Source: an uncultured Gammaproteobacteria bacterium
GTDB lineage: Bacteria > Patescibacteriota > Patescibacteriia > Veblenbacterales > UBA10138
NCBI GenBank assembly: GCA_964453605.1
Contig: CAYVOI010000001.1
Span: forward strand, 804,095 to 868,094
Length of the DNA: 64,000 bases
Direction of reading: 5' to 3'
Below, piece after piece: positions 9,320 to 19,412 of this stretch (its first letter is position 1; every line of letters begins with the position of its first letter). The position numbers and the translations under genes are program-made. The notes below the pieces were generated by a model. The model ran no database searches. It was not told the DNA's origin and was given only the letters and a program-made list of their open reading frames with translations.

Positions 9320-12250
9320 CTACTGGCAGCTATCGCACAGCAGCCGCTCTTGTGGATCAACCGGGCAGGCCTTACCCATCATGTCAGGCTTCAACTCAGG
9401 AATAAGCTTGGGTTGTACTTCAGGCGAAGGTGCGGCGACTTCACGCACAGCGGCAAAGCCCACCTTGCCGAGCTGCGCGCGCTTGTTCACCGTCACCGTT
9501 GACTGCTCGGCCGTGTGCCGCGGTTTCATGTGCAGGTAGTAGGTGGTCTTCAAACCCTTTTGCCAGGCGGTGGTGTAAATTTTCAAAAGATCATCAATCT
9601 CACGAGTTTCCAGGTACATGTTCCTGGACAGTGCTTGGTCCACCCACTTTTGCGCTCGGGCTGCTACTTCAATAAAGGCGTAGGGCGAGGTGGTGAAGGC
9701 CGACTTATAGCGCGCCCTGATCTCTGCAGGAATAGCTTCAATGTCCGAAATATCACCCTGCCGTTCAATAATCTGCGCTCGCACCTGCTCCCACAGCCCT
9801 AAGGTTTTCAGTTCATTCACCAAGTTGTGGTTAATGTCGAGGTACTTGCCCGAAATTTTATTGCGCGAAAACACTTGCGCGAACCGAGGATCAATACCCG
9901 GGGTGGTGCCAGCCACCAGACCAATGTTCGCATTGGGCGCCACGGCCATCAAGGTCGCATTGCGCATGCCGCGCTTCACTTTTTGCCGGAGCGCGCCCCA
10001 GTTAAGCCCAAGCTCATCGGCGTGGCTCACCTTATTCACGGTCAGTGCACTCCCCCGCTCATGCTCCAAGCGCCCCACGGTATCAAACGGCACCTCGCCC
10101 TTTGACCAACCGGAGCCGGCAAAATTTTGGTAGCTGCCGCGCTCGCGGGCCAGGTTGGCGCTTTCATCAATCGCGCTGTAGCTAATGAATTCAAAAATTT
10201 TATCGGCCAGCTCGTAGGTAGCCTCGTCGTCGTAGGCCAACTTGAGCTGCTCGGCGGCCTCAGCAAAGCCCATGACCCCTAAACCCACCGCCCGGTTCTC
10301 TTTGTCTGACTTTATGGCTTCTGGAATCGGCAGCACGTTGATGTCAATCAGGTTATCCAGGTGCCGTACCACGGTACGCACGGTGGTGTTGAGCGTTTCC
10401 CAATCGATGGTGTTACCTTTCACGTGACGCGCTAAGTTGAGTGAGGCCAGGTTGCAGACAGCGATGTTGTCCCTGTCCTGCGGCAGGCAAATTTCCGTGC
10501 ACAGGTTCGACATGTGGATGGTACCGGTATTGCTGTTGAGCGCGCGCAGGTTTATAGGGTCTTTCCAGGTTAGCCAGGGGTGCGAAGTTGTTTCCAGCAT
10601 CACGAGAATTTGCCTGAACTGCTCTTCGGCTGGAACTTTTTTGAAGGTGCGTAGCTTACCCGCCTCGGCCAGCGCACAGTACTCCTGGTAGCGTTTAGCA
10701 AACGCTTCGCCGTACAGCTCGTCAAGATCGCCAACCTCCTTGGGGTCAAACATGTACCAATCTTGACCCCGCTCCACCCGGCGCATGAACTCATCGGAGA
10801 TAAAGACAGCGGTGTCGGCTGTGCGCATGCGCAGGTAATCGTCGCCCGCGTTGTGCCGCCACATCAAAAATTCAGAAAAATCGAGGTGCCAGTTTTCCAT
10901 GTAAAAGCACAGCGCGCCCACCTTTTTGCCGCCACGCTGAATGGCGCGAATGGCCGTGTCGATGATTTTGGCAAACGGCGTGGGGCCAGAAGACACCGTG
11001 TTGTTAGACGACAGCGGCGAGCCCGACGCGCGCAGCTTGGTGAGCGAGGCGCCAATGCCGCCAGTGGCTTTGGAAATTTTCATGACGTCCGCTACCGACT
11101 TGGCAATGTGGTCAATGTCATCTTGAATTTCCAGCAAGAAGCAGTTCGACAGGGCCGGGCGTACGGTGCCAGCGCCAATGTTGGTAGAACCGCCCGCTAT
11201 GTACTCCAGCCGTGACATTTTTTCGTAAAACGTAATCGCCTGCGCCGTAGGGTCGGCCTCGTGGTACGACAGACCCATAGCGACACGCATAAAAAAGTAC
11301 TGGGGGGTTTCAATGGGTTGCTGGTTTTTGCCCCGCATAGCGTAGCGGTCGAGCAGGGTGGAAAGTCCGGCGTAGGTGAACAGCTCATCGCGGCTCAGCG
11401 ACAGCGCCTGAGCCAGAGCTTTAAGATCAAACCGTTCGCTCATGGCTTTATCCAGTAGGCCCGTTGCTACCTGAGAGGTGATATAGTTCACGAACCCTTC
11501 ACGGTGCACCTCCGTAAGCGCGCCGCCGCTACTGTAGTCGCCCAGGACCTTTTTGTAAACAGTTTTGAGGAGCAGTCGGGTAGCAATTTTGTTGTAGGCG
11601 GTGTCGTCTTGCACATTCTGCAGGGCCGCGTTGATGGTAGCCTGGTCAAGCTCTTCGGTGGTGATGCCGTCATACAGCATGAGCTGTGTCTCACTGGCTA
11701 CCTGTACCACTTTGCCTACCGGATCATCAATCCCAAAGCACACCCGCTCAATGGCGCGGTTAATGCGATTGGCATTAAACGGCTCGTGCGTGCCGTCACG
11801 CTTGGTCACGGTGAGTATTTGACCAGGTGTAGGCGTTGACCGGGCGGCGGCGCTCACGGCGGCCGGTTGAGTTTGCAGCCGGGCTTGTACCTCGCGCCTG
11901 ACCCTGGCGTGCTCTTCACGGTAGAGAATGTACGCTTTGGCAGTCTTAAACCACTTGGAACGCATGAGGGTGAGCTCCACCACGTCCTGCACCTGCTCCA
12001 CGGTTGGGGTGGTGTGGCCGTCGTACAGGCGCTCGAGCCCTTCTGTTACCGTAAAGGCAAGTTTAGCTGCCTCGTCACGTCCAAACTCCTGGGTTTCTGA
12101 ACCTGCGCCAGCAATAGCTTGGATAACCTTCTTAGCATCAAAGGGCACCAGGCGACCATCGCGCTTTAAAACATTCTGGAGCTTACCTTCGGTCGAGGTA
12201 AGGTGGTTGGCAGTGAGTGTTGGTTTGACGGCAGAAGTAGGGGCAGGCAT
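9320..12250 (-). CDS. nrdA: Ribonucleotide reductase class I alpha subunit with two ATP-cones
   Basis: Two KRDG ATP-cones; LSNCF, SNLCTEI, VCNLAS, LKTTYY, C-terminal CDSCQ. Confidence 0.95.
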   Translation of the reverse strand: MPAPTSAVKPTLTANHLTSTEGKLQNVLKRDGRLVPFDAKKVIQAIAGAGSETQEFGRDEAAKLAFTVTEGLERLYDGHTTPTVEQVQDVVELTLMRSKWFKTAKAYILYREEHARVRREVQARLQTQPAAVSAAARSTPTPGQILTVTKRDGTHEPFNANRINRAIERVCFGIDDPVGKVVQVASETQLMLYDGITTEELDQATINAALQNVQDDTAYNKIATRLLLKTVYKKVLGDYSSGGALTEVHREGFVNYITSQVATGLLDKAMSERFDLKALAQALSLSRDELFTYAGLSTLLDRYAMRGKNQQPIETPQYFFMRVAMGLSYHEADPTAQAITFYEKMSRLEYIAGGSTNIGAGTVRPALSNCFLLEIQDDIDHIAKSVADVMKISKATGGIGASLTKLRASGSPLSSNNTVSSGPTPFAKIIDTAIRAIQRGGKKVGALCFYMENWHLDFSEFLMWRHNAGDDYLRMRTADTAVFISDEFMRRVERGQDWYMFDPKEVGDLDELYGEAFAKRYQEYCALAEAGKLRTFKKVPAEEQFRQILVMLETTSHPWLTWKDPINLRALNSNTGTIHMSNLCTEICLPQDRDNIAVCNLASLNLARHVKGNTIDWETLNTTVRTVVRHLDNLIDINVLPIPEAIKSDKENRAVGLGVMGFAEAAEQLKLAYDDEATYELADKIFEFISYSAIDESANLARERGSYQNFAGSGWSKGEVPFDTVGRLEHERGSALTVNKVSHADELGLNWGALRQKVKRGMRNATLMAVAPNANIGLVAGTTPGIDPRFAQVFSRNKISGKYLDINHNLVNELKTLGLWEQVRAQIIERQGDISDIEAIPAEIRARYKSAFTTSPYAFIEVAARAQKWVDQALSRNMYLETREIDDLLKIYTTAWQKGLKTTYYLHMKPRHTAEQSTVTVNKRAQLGKVGFAAVREVAAPSPEVQPKLIPELKPDMMGKACPVDPQERLLCDSCQ

Positions 12251-12310
12251 ACACGGTGAGGTTAGTTTGTTTTTTCTAAATAGAGGGAATGAGGTCAGGT
12301 GCCCGCTGGC

Positions 12311-12778
12311 TCAGCGGCGGGACTTTGGTTCACGCTTCAAGCCTTTGAGCTCCCGGGTAAAGCTCGACACGTCTTGGAAACTCCGGTACACGCTGGCGAA
12401 GCGGATGTAGGCTACCTGGTCAAAGCCCTTGAGGCGCTTCATCACCACTTCACCAATCGCCTGGGAGGTAAGCTCGGGCTGGCGCTGGCGCTGGATGTCG
12501 CGCTCGATGCGCTGGACGAGCCCGCGAAACTGCTCGGCAGTAATGCTGCGCTTTTCTAAAGAGTGCTTGAGGCCTTGCGTGAGCTTGTCTTTGCTGTACG
12601 GCTCGCGGCGGCCGTCGCGCTTTATGACCGTGAGGTCCAAGATCTCGCTCTCCTCAACCGTGGAGAAACGGAAACTGCACTTGGTGCACTCGCGCCGGCG
12701 CCTGATGCTAAAGCCGTCGGTAGCGACACGTGAATCTGTTACTTTGGTGTCGTAGTAGTTGCAGGACGGGCAGTGCAT
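12311..12778 (-). CDS. nrdR: Transcriptional repressor NrdR
   Basis: CPSC...DSR...IRRRREC..C..RFST.E; ATP-cone; VAYIRFASVY. Confidence 0.97.
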   Translation of the reverse strand: MHCPSCNYYDTKVTDSRVATDGFSIRRRRECTKCSFRFSTVEESEILDLTVIKRDGRREPYSKDKLTQGLKHSLEKRSITAEQFRGLVQRIERDIQRQRQPELTSQAIGEVVMKRLKGFDQVAYIRFASVYRSFQDVSSFTRELKGLKREPKSRR

Positions 12779-12792
12779 AGGGTTTTAGCCTA

Positions 12793-12847
12793 CTACTACA
12801 TCTAGTAGCAGCGCTACTAATTGTACCCCCACGTATAGTGTTGTCAA
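12793..12847 (-). promoter_or_regulatory. Sigma70 promoter of nrdR-nrdA-nrdB with two NrdR boxes
   Basis: TTGACA (12842-12847), 16 bp, TACAAT (12820-12825). NrdR-box-like 16-mers ACACTATACGTGGGGG (12826-12841, in the spacer) and CTACTAGATGTAGTAG (12793-12808). Confidence 0.8.
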
Positions 12848-12912
12848 AGGTTAGGCCAGGGGCTTGTTTTGGGCCTTTTCTGGCACTCTGAGGCGACTGC
12901 AGGTACCAGAGA

Positions 12913-12921
12913 TGTGGATAA
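12913..12921 (-). promoter_or_regulatory. Consensus DnaA box upstream of the nrd promoter
   Basis: TGTGGATAA on plus equals TTATCCACA on minus; single copy. Confidence 0.45.
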
Positions 12922-13032
12922 CGCTAGGGTGCTTAAAAACCCAAGCAAATACCCCTCTTGCCAAGCACCCTAAAGCAGGTTTTTGAGCGTCGCGAAATTC
13001 AGGAAATTATTTTTGGGGTGGGGCGGGAAACC

Positions 13033-13060
13033 AAAAACGGGGCTAAGCTGCCCCGTTTTT
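13033..13060. terminator. Bidirectional intrinsic terminator
   Basis: AAAAACGGGGC-taagct-GCCCCGTTTTT. Confidence 0.75.
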
Positions 13061-13106
13061 AAAATTCGGAAAATACCCTGGGGCCTAGCAACTGCTAATA
13101 GCAGGG

Positions 13107-13562
13107 CTATGGCGTAGTACCAACCCGGGTTGGAATTTTGCCTACCTCACTATTCTTTATACCCAACCCCAATTTTTGCATAATACGATATGCTTCATCG
13201 CCATTACGAAGGTAATAGCGCTTACCATTAACTGGATTTACATACCAAGCCTCACCTCTAGCTTGCACCTGTAGCAAAATACGGCCGGCTAAGCGACGCA
13301 CTAGGCCAACATCGCCCTTACTAGAACTGCCTTCAATCGGTATTTTCTGTAGATCGGCATTACTTATGCCAAGGCCAGCACTTCGCAGGAGAGAAAAGGC
13401 TGCTGTACCATTCGGCAGGTACGTCTTACTGCCAGTGCCAGGATCAACATACCAGGCCTCACCACGTGACTCTACCTGCAACAGTATGCGGCCGCGTAAC
13501 CGATTCACGAGCTTGATGTCAATCTTGGTGGTAGGCACAGTGGATAGGCCAGGGTTAGCCAA
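13107..13562 (-). CDS. Tandem GRILLQVxxRGEAWYV repeat domain, probably the frameshifted C-terminus of the upstream ORF
   Basis: Two copies of RL.GRILLQV..RGEAWYV.P..G...YL.NG; no signal peptide; TTG start overlapping the upstream ORF. Confidence 0.7.
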   Translation of the reverse strand: MANPGLSTVPTTKIDIKLVNRLRGRILLQVESRGEAWYVDPGTGSKTYLPNGTAAFSLLRSAGLGISNADLQKIPIEGSSSKGDVGLVRRLAGRILLQVQARGEAWYVNPVNGKRYYLRNGDEAYRIMQKLGLGIKNSEVGKIPTRVGTTP

Positions 13563-14803
13563 CGTGCCGCCACCTCGAGCGTTGAAGCATTACAACCAAG
13601 CCGAACCTCTACCCTACCGGATACATTATCTACCACACAGGCTAGCCCGGAGCTTTGGTAGGTGAAGCAGTACTTAGCGCCACCGTCGGTACAGCTAGCG
13701 GCTGACATAGTACCTAGGTTAAACCGTTCACACGCCTTGGCTAAACTTTGGGCGCGGGACATGGATTCACTGCCAGCGTTAGTCGGACACATGACGGCTG
13801 GCGGTGTGGTGGGAACAGGCGGCTGTGCCTGATTTACTACCGGTGGAATTGCAGCATTAGAAATTATAAACGGCTGACTAACGCCTGTTGCAGTACAACC
13901 TCCATATAGATTGACCCTTATACCATAGCTATTCCCCGACGGGAGCTTAACCCGTTCAAGATCTAGTAACGATTCCTTAACCATCATGGTCCCGTTGAGT
14001 CTGCGACCAAATGTGATAGATTCGTGAATACTAGTATAGGCTGGTTGGTTAAGCTCATTGTAGTACCACCGTGCATCGGTCGGCAGGGTAACTTGGTAGG
14101 AGCCGCTGTTAGAAATCGACGATTCGCTGGGAGAAATCCCAACAAGGTATTCGTGCACTACCTCATCACCCACTAAGTGTGTAAACACAAAATTCGATAG
14201 CGGTACGAGCACCTCTGTTCCCGAAGCATCGGTTGCCGCTACTAACCAGACATCTGCCTTTTCCGCTCGGCAACCAGACGACCACTGGACATCGTAATGG
14301 CCGCCGAACGTGTATGTACTACCTACTACTTGAACATTTACTGGCTGAACGAGGACGTCAGCAGCTGGGTTAACCTGGCTAGGATCGGTAACCGTAAAAA
14401 AACCATTACTCTCGCCTTGAACATACGGCTGGTTGCCTCCTGGATAACCAACTACCTGAATTTTTATCTGATTCGAAGCACCTTGGTTAGCAACGTACTT
14501 CGGAATAGTCCAAGTGTAGCTGCCCTCGCTGCCGTTGACCACAACACGCGATTGATCAAAACCACTAGCTTCAAGCTGGTTTTGATTACCAGGGCCAGTT
14601 GAATAATATAAGCTCACTATGCTCTCAATACCCTGCTGCTGCCAGCGAATAGTTAAGCTATCGCCAACATTAAATGATTCGCCACCGTTGGGATACGTTA
14701 CAGTTATAGCAGCAGCGTGAACTTTTCCCACTATGGCAAAAATGCCCAGGAGGGAAGTCACAAAAGCTGCGGCCAATAATTTCTGCCACGACACCTTCGT
14801 CAT
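13505..14803 (-). CDS. Secreted Ig-like protein
   Basis: Signal peptide ending VHA; ITVTYPNGGE...IRW...GSYTWTIP Ig-like domain; Pro/Cys-rich tail. Confidence 0.75.
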   Translation of the reverse strand: MTKVSWQKLLAAAFVTSLLGIFAIVGKVHAAAITVTYPNGGESFNVGDSLTIRWQQQGIESIVSLYYSTGPGNQNQLEASGFDQSRVVVNGSEGSYTWTIPKYVANQGASNQIKIQVVGYPGGNQPYVQGESNGFFTVTDPSQVNPAADVLVQPVNVQVVGSTYTFGGHYDVQWSSGCRAEKADVWLVAATDASGTEVLVPLSNFVFTHLVGDEVVHEYLVGISPSESSISNSGSYQVTLPTDARWYYNELNQPAYTSIHESITFGRRLNGTMMVKESLLDLERVKLPSGNSYGIRVNLYGGCTATGVSQPFIISNAAIPPVVNQAQPPVPTTPPAVMCPTNAGSESMSRAQSLAKACERFNLGTMSAASCTDGGAKYCFTYQSSGLACVVDNVSGRVEVRLGCNASTLEVAARWLTLAYPLCLPPRLTSSS

Positions 14804-14846
14804 GCTAACAAATTACGAATACGAGCTTATTCAGATGCCGGCGGCG

Positions 14847-15929
14847 TTAATTCTGGAAGCTAAACGAGGGGGCTATTACCTGAGTCAGTACGCTATCTAT
14901 GGAGGTTTTGCAATCCACGGTACTGGTAGCTTTCTCAGTACATATCGCGGCTATGGCTACACCTTTATCAGGGAAGCTGTCGCCGAGCGGCATGATTAGG
15001 TTGATTCCAAAGCTCTTATCTTGTGTTGAAAAAGCTGAGAAGGCGAGTGCTTGCTGACCCCCAACCGTGGTAGTACTCTCGGTACAACTCGGGTCTGATT
15101 TACACACTGTGTCAGCTTTTTGCAGCTGCGCTGCATCTTCAATGGTCACGGCGATGCGAACGTCGTTGTCTTGACCACTCGGTGAGTAAAAACCTACTGC
15201 CTCCGGGTCGTGCGCCAAGTTCTGGATATATGAAGTCGGGTAATTGAACGAGAACTTATACCTGCTGTTGACGTAGGTAGAATTGCCGGACTGTCGGTTC
15301 GGCTGACCAGATTCAGGCGTCACAAATTTTTGAGGCACGAGCGTTGCCGAACCAACCGCCCCCCATCCAAGTATCACCAATACAACAACAAACCACACGA
15401 CCTGTCGCTTACGCAGGGGTACTGCCTCTACCGAGGAGATAGCAAATTGCTTCTGCGGATCGTAGATGACCGCGGTTTTGCATACCATATCGCGCCACGT
15501 CTGGCGGCGGCGATTGATGAGCATCCACCAGGTGCCGAGGTTCAAAACCAAGGGATTGACGATGACGAAAAAAAGGTACCTTACCAGTGCCAAACCGAAG
15601 CCGATACCAGTTCGCTGTGGCTCAACCATGCGTATAACCCTCAAGCCAAACCAGCTCATGGCTAGTGTTTGTCCGCGCTTACCTACGAAGTAAACGGCGT
15701 AGAAAAATAGCCAAGCAATAGCGGCGATACCTAATAGACTATCGATAATCACGCCTAGCGGGCCAAGTAAGCCCAAGGGCACAAACAAAACGAGCACTAT
15801 AATGAGAGGAACAACATAAAAGAGCGCATCAAAAATGCTAACAAAAAACCGCCGCCAAACGCCGGCAAACTCAACAGTAACCCCTACACCCGAGCCTACC
15901 ACTGGACGGACTGTGTTTGGTTGCTCCAT
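14847..15929 (-). CDS. RDD-family membrane protein fused to a PsbP-like extracellular domain
   Basis: AGVWRRFFVSIFD, GQTLAMSWFGLRVI, RRQTWRDMVCKTAVI (RDD); extra TM then TYVNSRYKFSFNYP...SFSF (PsbP-like). Confidence 0.75.
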   Translation of the reverse strand: MEQPNTVRPVVGSGVGVTVEFAGVWRRFFVSIFDALFYVVPLIIVLVLFVPLGLLGPLGVIIDSLLGIAAIAWLFFYAVYFVGKRGQTLAMSWFGLRVIRMVEPQRTGIGFGLALVRYLFFVIVNPLVLNLGTWWMLINRRRQTWRDMVCKTAVIYDPQKQFAISSVEAVPLRKRQVVWFVVVLVILGWGAVGSATLVPQKFVTPESGQPNRQSGNSTYVNSRYKFSFNYPTSYIQNLAHDPEAVGFYSPSGQDNDVRIAVTIEDAAQLQKADTVCKSDPSCTESTTTVGGQQALAFSAFSTQDKSFGINLIMPLGDSFPDKGVAIAAICTEKATSTVDCKTSIDSVLTQVIAPSFSFQN

Positions 15930-15963
15930 ATTTTTCCTTGAGTGGATTAACGCCCTGGATTCT

Positions 15964-17166
15964 CTAGCTCTTGAGCTTGCGCCGGATAAAGGCCGGAACC
16001 TCGTAGTCGTCTTCCACCTCGCTCACCTTGCTCCCACCCTTAGGCTCTTTGACTGAGCCGGTAGCTTTGGTGGCTGTGCCAAGGCTGCGCTCGTGAAACC
16101 CGCTCGACTGCTCTGCCAGTTCACGCTTCGGGGACGAGGGTACGCGTTCCTGCTTGAGAAAGGCTGGCGCCAGGTACGAGGCTTGCGGCGCCGGGGTAGC
16201 CTTCTTAACTGGCAGACCTTGCGAGAAGCCGGTGGCGATGACGGTTACCTTTACCTGGTCTTTCATGCCCTCATCAATCACTGCGCCGAAGATTATCTTG
16301 GCGTTGGGATCGGCTGAGGCGGTAATGATGCGTGCAGCTTCGTTGACCTCGTACATGGTAAGGTCTGGCCCCCCGGTAACGGTAAACAGTATGCCCTTAG
16401 CCCCGTCGATGCCGACTTCGAGCAGGGGCGACTCCACGGCCGCCTTGGCGGCGTCGACCGCGCGGTTCTCGCCTGTGCCTACACCTATACCCATGAGCGC
16501 CGAGCCGGTACCAGCCATAATGGCTTTGACGTCGGCAAAGTCTACGTTAATAAGCCCCGGCACCGTAACGAGCTCAGAAATTCCCTGCACCCCCTGCCGC
16601 AAGACCTCGTCGACAATAGAGAAGGCTTCTAAGAGCGACGTTTTCTTGTCAATGAGCTGCAAGAGCCGGTCGTTGTGAATGGTGATGATGGTATCTACCT
16701 TGTCGGCCAGCTCATCAAAACCGCGCTCGGCCACCTCCCGCCGCTGCGCGCCTTCGAAGCTAAACGGTTTGGTGACCACGGCAATGGTGAGGGCGCCGGC
16801 CTCGCGCGCCAGCTCGGCAATGAGGGGTGAGGCCCCGGTGCCGGTACCACCCCCCAGGCCACAGGTGAGGAACACCATGTCAGCACCTTTCAGCGCCTCT
16901 TTGACCTCGTCCCGGTTCTCCTCGGCCGCCTTGCGACCGAGGTCGGGGTCCATGCCAGCCCCTAAGCCCCGCGTGGTCGCAGGGCCGATGTGGAGCTTCA
17001 CGGGCGCACGCGAGTGGTGCAGGGCCTGGGCGTCGGTGTTCACGGCCAAAAACTCCACACCGCGGATTTTGGCCGAGACCATGCGGTTGATAGCGGCACC
17101 ACCGCTGCCACCCACGCCGACGACTTTGATTTTGGCAAAGGTTTCAATATCAGGCTTGACTTCCAT
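15964..17166 (-). CDS. ftsZ: Cell division protein FtsZ
   Basis: [25 protein letters not shown]-terminal EVPAFIRRK. Confidence 0.99.
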   Translation of the reverse strand: MEVKPDIETFAKIKVVGVGGSGGAAINRMVSAKIRGVEFLAVNTDAQALHHSRAPVKLHIGPATTRGLGAGMDPDLGRKAAEENRDEVKEALKGADMVFLTCGLGGGTGTGASPLIAELAREAGALTIAVVTKPFSFEGAQRREVAERGFDELADKVDTIITIHNDRLLQLIDKKTSLLEAFSIVDEVLRQGVQGISELVTVPGLINVDFADVKAIMAGTGSALMGIGVGTGENRAVDAAKAAVESPLLEVGIDGAKGILFTVTGGPDLTMYEVNEAARIITASADPNAKIIFGAVIDEGMKDQVKVTVIATGFSQGLPVKKATPAPQASYLAPAFLKQERVPSSPKRELAEQSSGFHERSLGTATKATGSVKEPKGGSKVSEVEDDYEVPAFIRRKLKS

Positions 17167-17241
17167 AGGTAGTTGAGGATTAAGAAGCTAGAAGCTAGAG
17201 GTAAGAGGGTGTCTTCGCTCTACGTTCTAAGTTCCTAACGC

Positions 17242-18483
17242 TTACGGTAAGAGTGCCTGGAACCACTTTTTAACCTTGCCGCCGACCTCACCCATGCTGG
17301 CAAGCTTGGGTAGCCGGAAGCCGGGCTCGTGGGCTGCGGCCGATTGCCTGATACCCCAGCGCACGAGCCCCAGAGCCGAGCTAAAGGCTGGATCTGACAC
17401 GCGCTCCAGGGGACTGGCTACCTCAAGCGGGTAGCCTAAGGTGGCGGGCAGCCGGAACTTACGCTTAGCCACGTCGAGGAGCCCTGAGAGCTTGGCACCA
17501 CCGCCGGTTATGACAACGCCGGCGGGGAGCTTCCCCGAGCGGTCGATTTTAGCGAGCTCTTTATCAACCAGGTCAAAAATTTCTTCCAGGCGAGCTTCGA
17601 TTATCTCACTAAGGTGCTTGCGCCCGACCATACCCTGCTCGTCTGAGAACTCATTGAGGTTTATTTCTTCGCGCTTGCCAATGTCCTCCGGGACAGCGTG
17701 ACCGTAGTTTATTTTCAGGTGTTCGGCAATATCGATGGAGGTCCTGAGGCCAATAGCTACGTCGTTGGTAATGTGCCCGGAGCCTACGGGTATAACCGCG
17801 GCGTGGAGCGCGTCGCCCTCTTCGCACACCAACAGGCTCGTGGTAGCACCACCCATGTTGACCACGACTACGCCAAGCTCCTTCTGCCGCTTAGAGAGCA
17901 CTGCCTCGGCCGTGGCGAGCACCGTGAGTACCAGGCTGTCGATGTCTACCCCGGTGCGGTACACACACTTAGTTAGGTTCTTCACCTGTGCCACCTGACC
18001 TTGGATAATTTGGGCCTCGACTTCTAACCTCACACCGGTCATGCCCACCGGGTCTTTGATACCCGGCTGGCTGTCGACGGTGAAGCTGCGGGGTAAGACG
18101 TGGAGAATTTCGTAGTTCGGCGGCGTAGCCACGGCTTGAGCCGCTTCGACCACGCGGTTTAAATCTTCCTCGCCGATCTCGCCGTTGGGTTTAGCTACCG
18201 CAATCACCCCATGGCTCGACTGCGCTACGATGTGACTGCCGTTGATGCCAACCCACGCGTGCTCCACCGGGGTGCCGGTCATGCGTTCGATCTTCTCTAG
18301 GGCACCCGAAATAGCTGACACCGCATCTTCGATGCTGGTGACCACCCCCTTGTGTATACCTTCGGAGGGGACTTCGGCTAACCCCAACACCTGGAGGTGT
18401 TCGTGGGCCGTACCTTGCGCTACCGCCACGCGAATGGCAGTTGAACCAATGTCTAAGCCGGTAACGAGGGGGTTGCGTGTCAT
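17242..18483 (-). CDS. ftsA: Cell division protein FtsA
   Basis: GLDIGSTAI, DPVGMTGVRLE, GVVITGGGAKL, amphipathic C-terminus. Confidence 0.98.
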   Translation of the reverse strand: MTRNPLVTGLDIGSTAIRVAVAQGTAHEHLQVLGLAEVPSEGIHKGVVTSIEDAVSAISGALEKIERMTGTPVEHAWVGINGSHIVAQSSHGVIAVAKPNGEIGEEDLNRVVEAAQAVATPPNYEILHVLPRSFTVDSQPGIKDPVGMTGVRLEVEAQIIQGQVAQVKNLTKCVYRTGVDIDSLVLTVLATAEAVLSKRQKELGVVVVNMGGATTSLLVCEEGDALHAAVIPVGSGHITNDVAIGLRTSIDIAEHLKINYGHAVPEDIGKREEINLNEFSDEQGMVGRKHLSEIIEARLEEIFDLVDKELAKIDRSGKLPAGVVITGGGAKLSGLLDVAKRKFRLPATLGYPLEVASPLERVSDPAFSSALGLVRWGIRQSAAAHEPGFRLPKLASMGEVGGKVKKWFQALLP

Positions 18484-18568
18484 GGGTACTACAACACAGT
18501 AGTACTACAAAGTATACCCCCGAGGTGTGAACCTGCCAAGGGAAACAAACTGAATAATTTTATTGTTC

Positions 18569-18606
18569 ACCCCGCACCACGTAGGCCGTTGGCAAAGTGG
18601 TGCGGG
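18569..18606. repeat. Short inverted-repeat element (CCCGCACCAC...GTGGTGCGGG)
   Basis: 10-bp arms with a 16-nt spacer directly after the dgkA stop; same arms as 43282-43383. Confidence 0.75.
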
Positions 18607-18612
18607 ACTCAG

Positions 18613-18972
18613 CTAGGTGAAACGCGCAACCTGGAGCAGGAGCCAGGCAATCACCACCGCCGCGAGCCCCAAGAGGAGGAGGGCACCAGCCAGCATGTCT
18701 TTCAGGAGTGCGACGTGGAGGGAGAGCCGCGGCTCTATGAGGTCGAGCAAGCGCTCGAGCACCGTGTTGACCACCTCCGCCGCCAGCACGGCGGCTATGG
18801 TGAGGAGGAGCACAGCCCACCCGAGCGGTGGCAGGTGAAACCACCACCCACCACCGAGCACCACCAGCGCTACGGTAAGCTCGAGGCGAAACGAAAGCTC
18901 ACGCCGTGCCACGTAAGCTAGGCCCCGGAGTGCGTAGGTGAACTTGTGGCTAAGGGTACGGAGGTAGTTCAT
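18613..18972 (-). CDS. dgkA: Diacylglycerol/undecaprenol kinase family protein
   Basis: FTYALRGL...ELSFR, EVVNTVLERLLD, KDMLAGA; 3 TM helices. Confidence 0.9.
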   Translation of the reverse strand: MNYLRTLSHKFTYALRGLAYVARRELSFRLELTVALVVLGGGWWFHLPPLGWAVLLLTIAAVLAAEVVNTVLERLLDLIEPRLSLHVALLKDMLAGALLLLGLAAVVIAWLLLQVARFT

Positions 18973-18983
18973 AGGTGTACTGG

Positions 18984-19403
18984 TCAGCCTGAGGCCATGA
19001 GCGCGCGGTCTTCTAAGCGGCGCATGGTAGCGCGCTCCCCCTTCTGCACGTGGTCGTAGCCAGCCAGGTGGAGTAGCCCGTGCACCAGCAAGCGGTCAAG
19101 CTCGCGGCTGAGCGAGGTGCCGGCGCGGCGAGCTTGGCGCACGGCTTGCGACAGGCAAATGACGAGCTCACCCTTGATAGGAGCAGTTTGGTACGTAAAG
19201 GAGAGCACGTCGGTTGTCCAGTCGTGCCTCAGGTATCGGCGATTCAGGGAACGGCTCACGCTCGGCGTAACGTACGTCACACCCACGTCGGCAAAACGAA
19301 CCCGGCTCAACCGGCCCACGCGCTTAAGGAGCGTGCGCGTACGCGCGCCCGAGGCCCGGGGGAGCCTGAGGCCGCTCTCGTTCTTACACCAGAGGGCCGC
19401 CAT
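18984..19403 (-). CDS. ybeY: rRNA maturation endoribonuclease YbeY
   Basis: TDVLSF, GELVI, HGLLHLAGYDH. Confidence 0.95.
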   Translation of the reverse strand: MAALWCKNESGLRLPRASGARTRTLLKRVGRLSRVRFADVGVTYVTPSVSRSLNRRYLRHDWTTDVLSFTYQTAPIKGELVICLSQAVRQARRAGTSLSRELDRLLVHGLLHLAGYDHVQKGERATMRRLEDRALMASG

Positions 19404-19412
19404 ACCGCACGC

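Noticed and set aside
12860-13080. oriC
   Set aside because: Only one DnaA box, no box cluster or unwinding element, and no dnaA/dnaN in the window.
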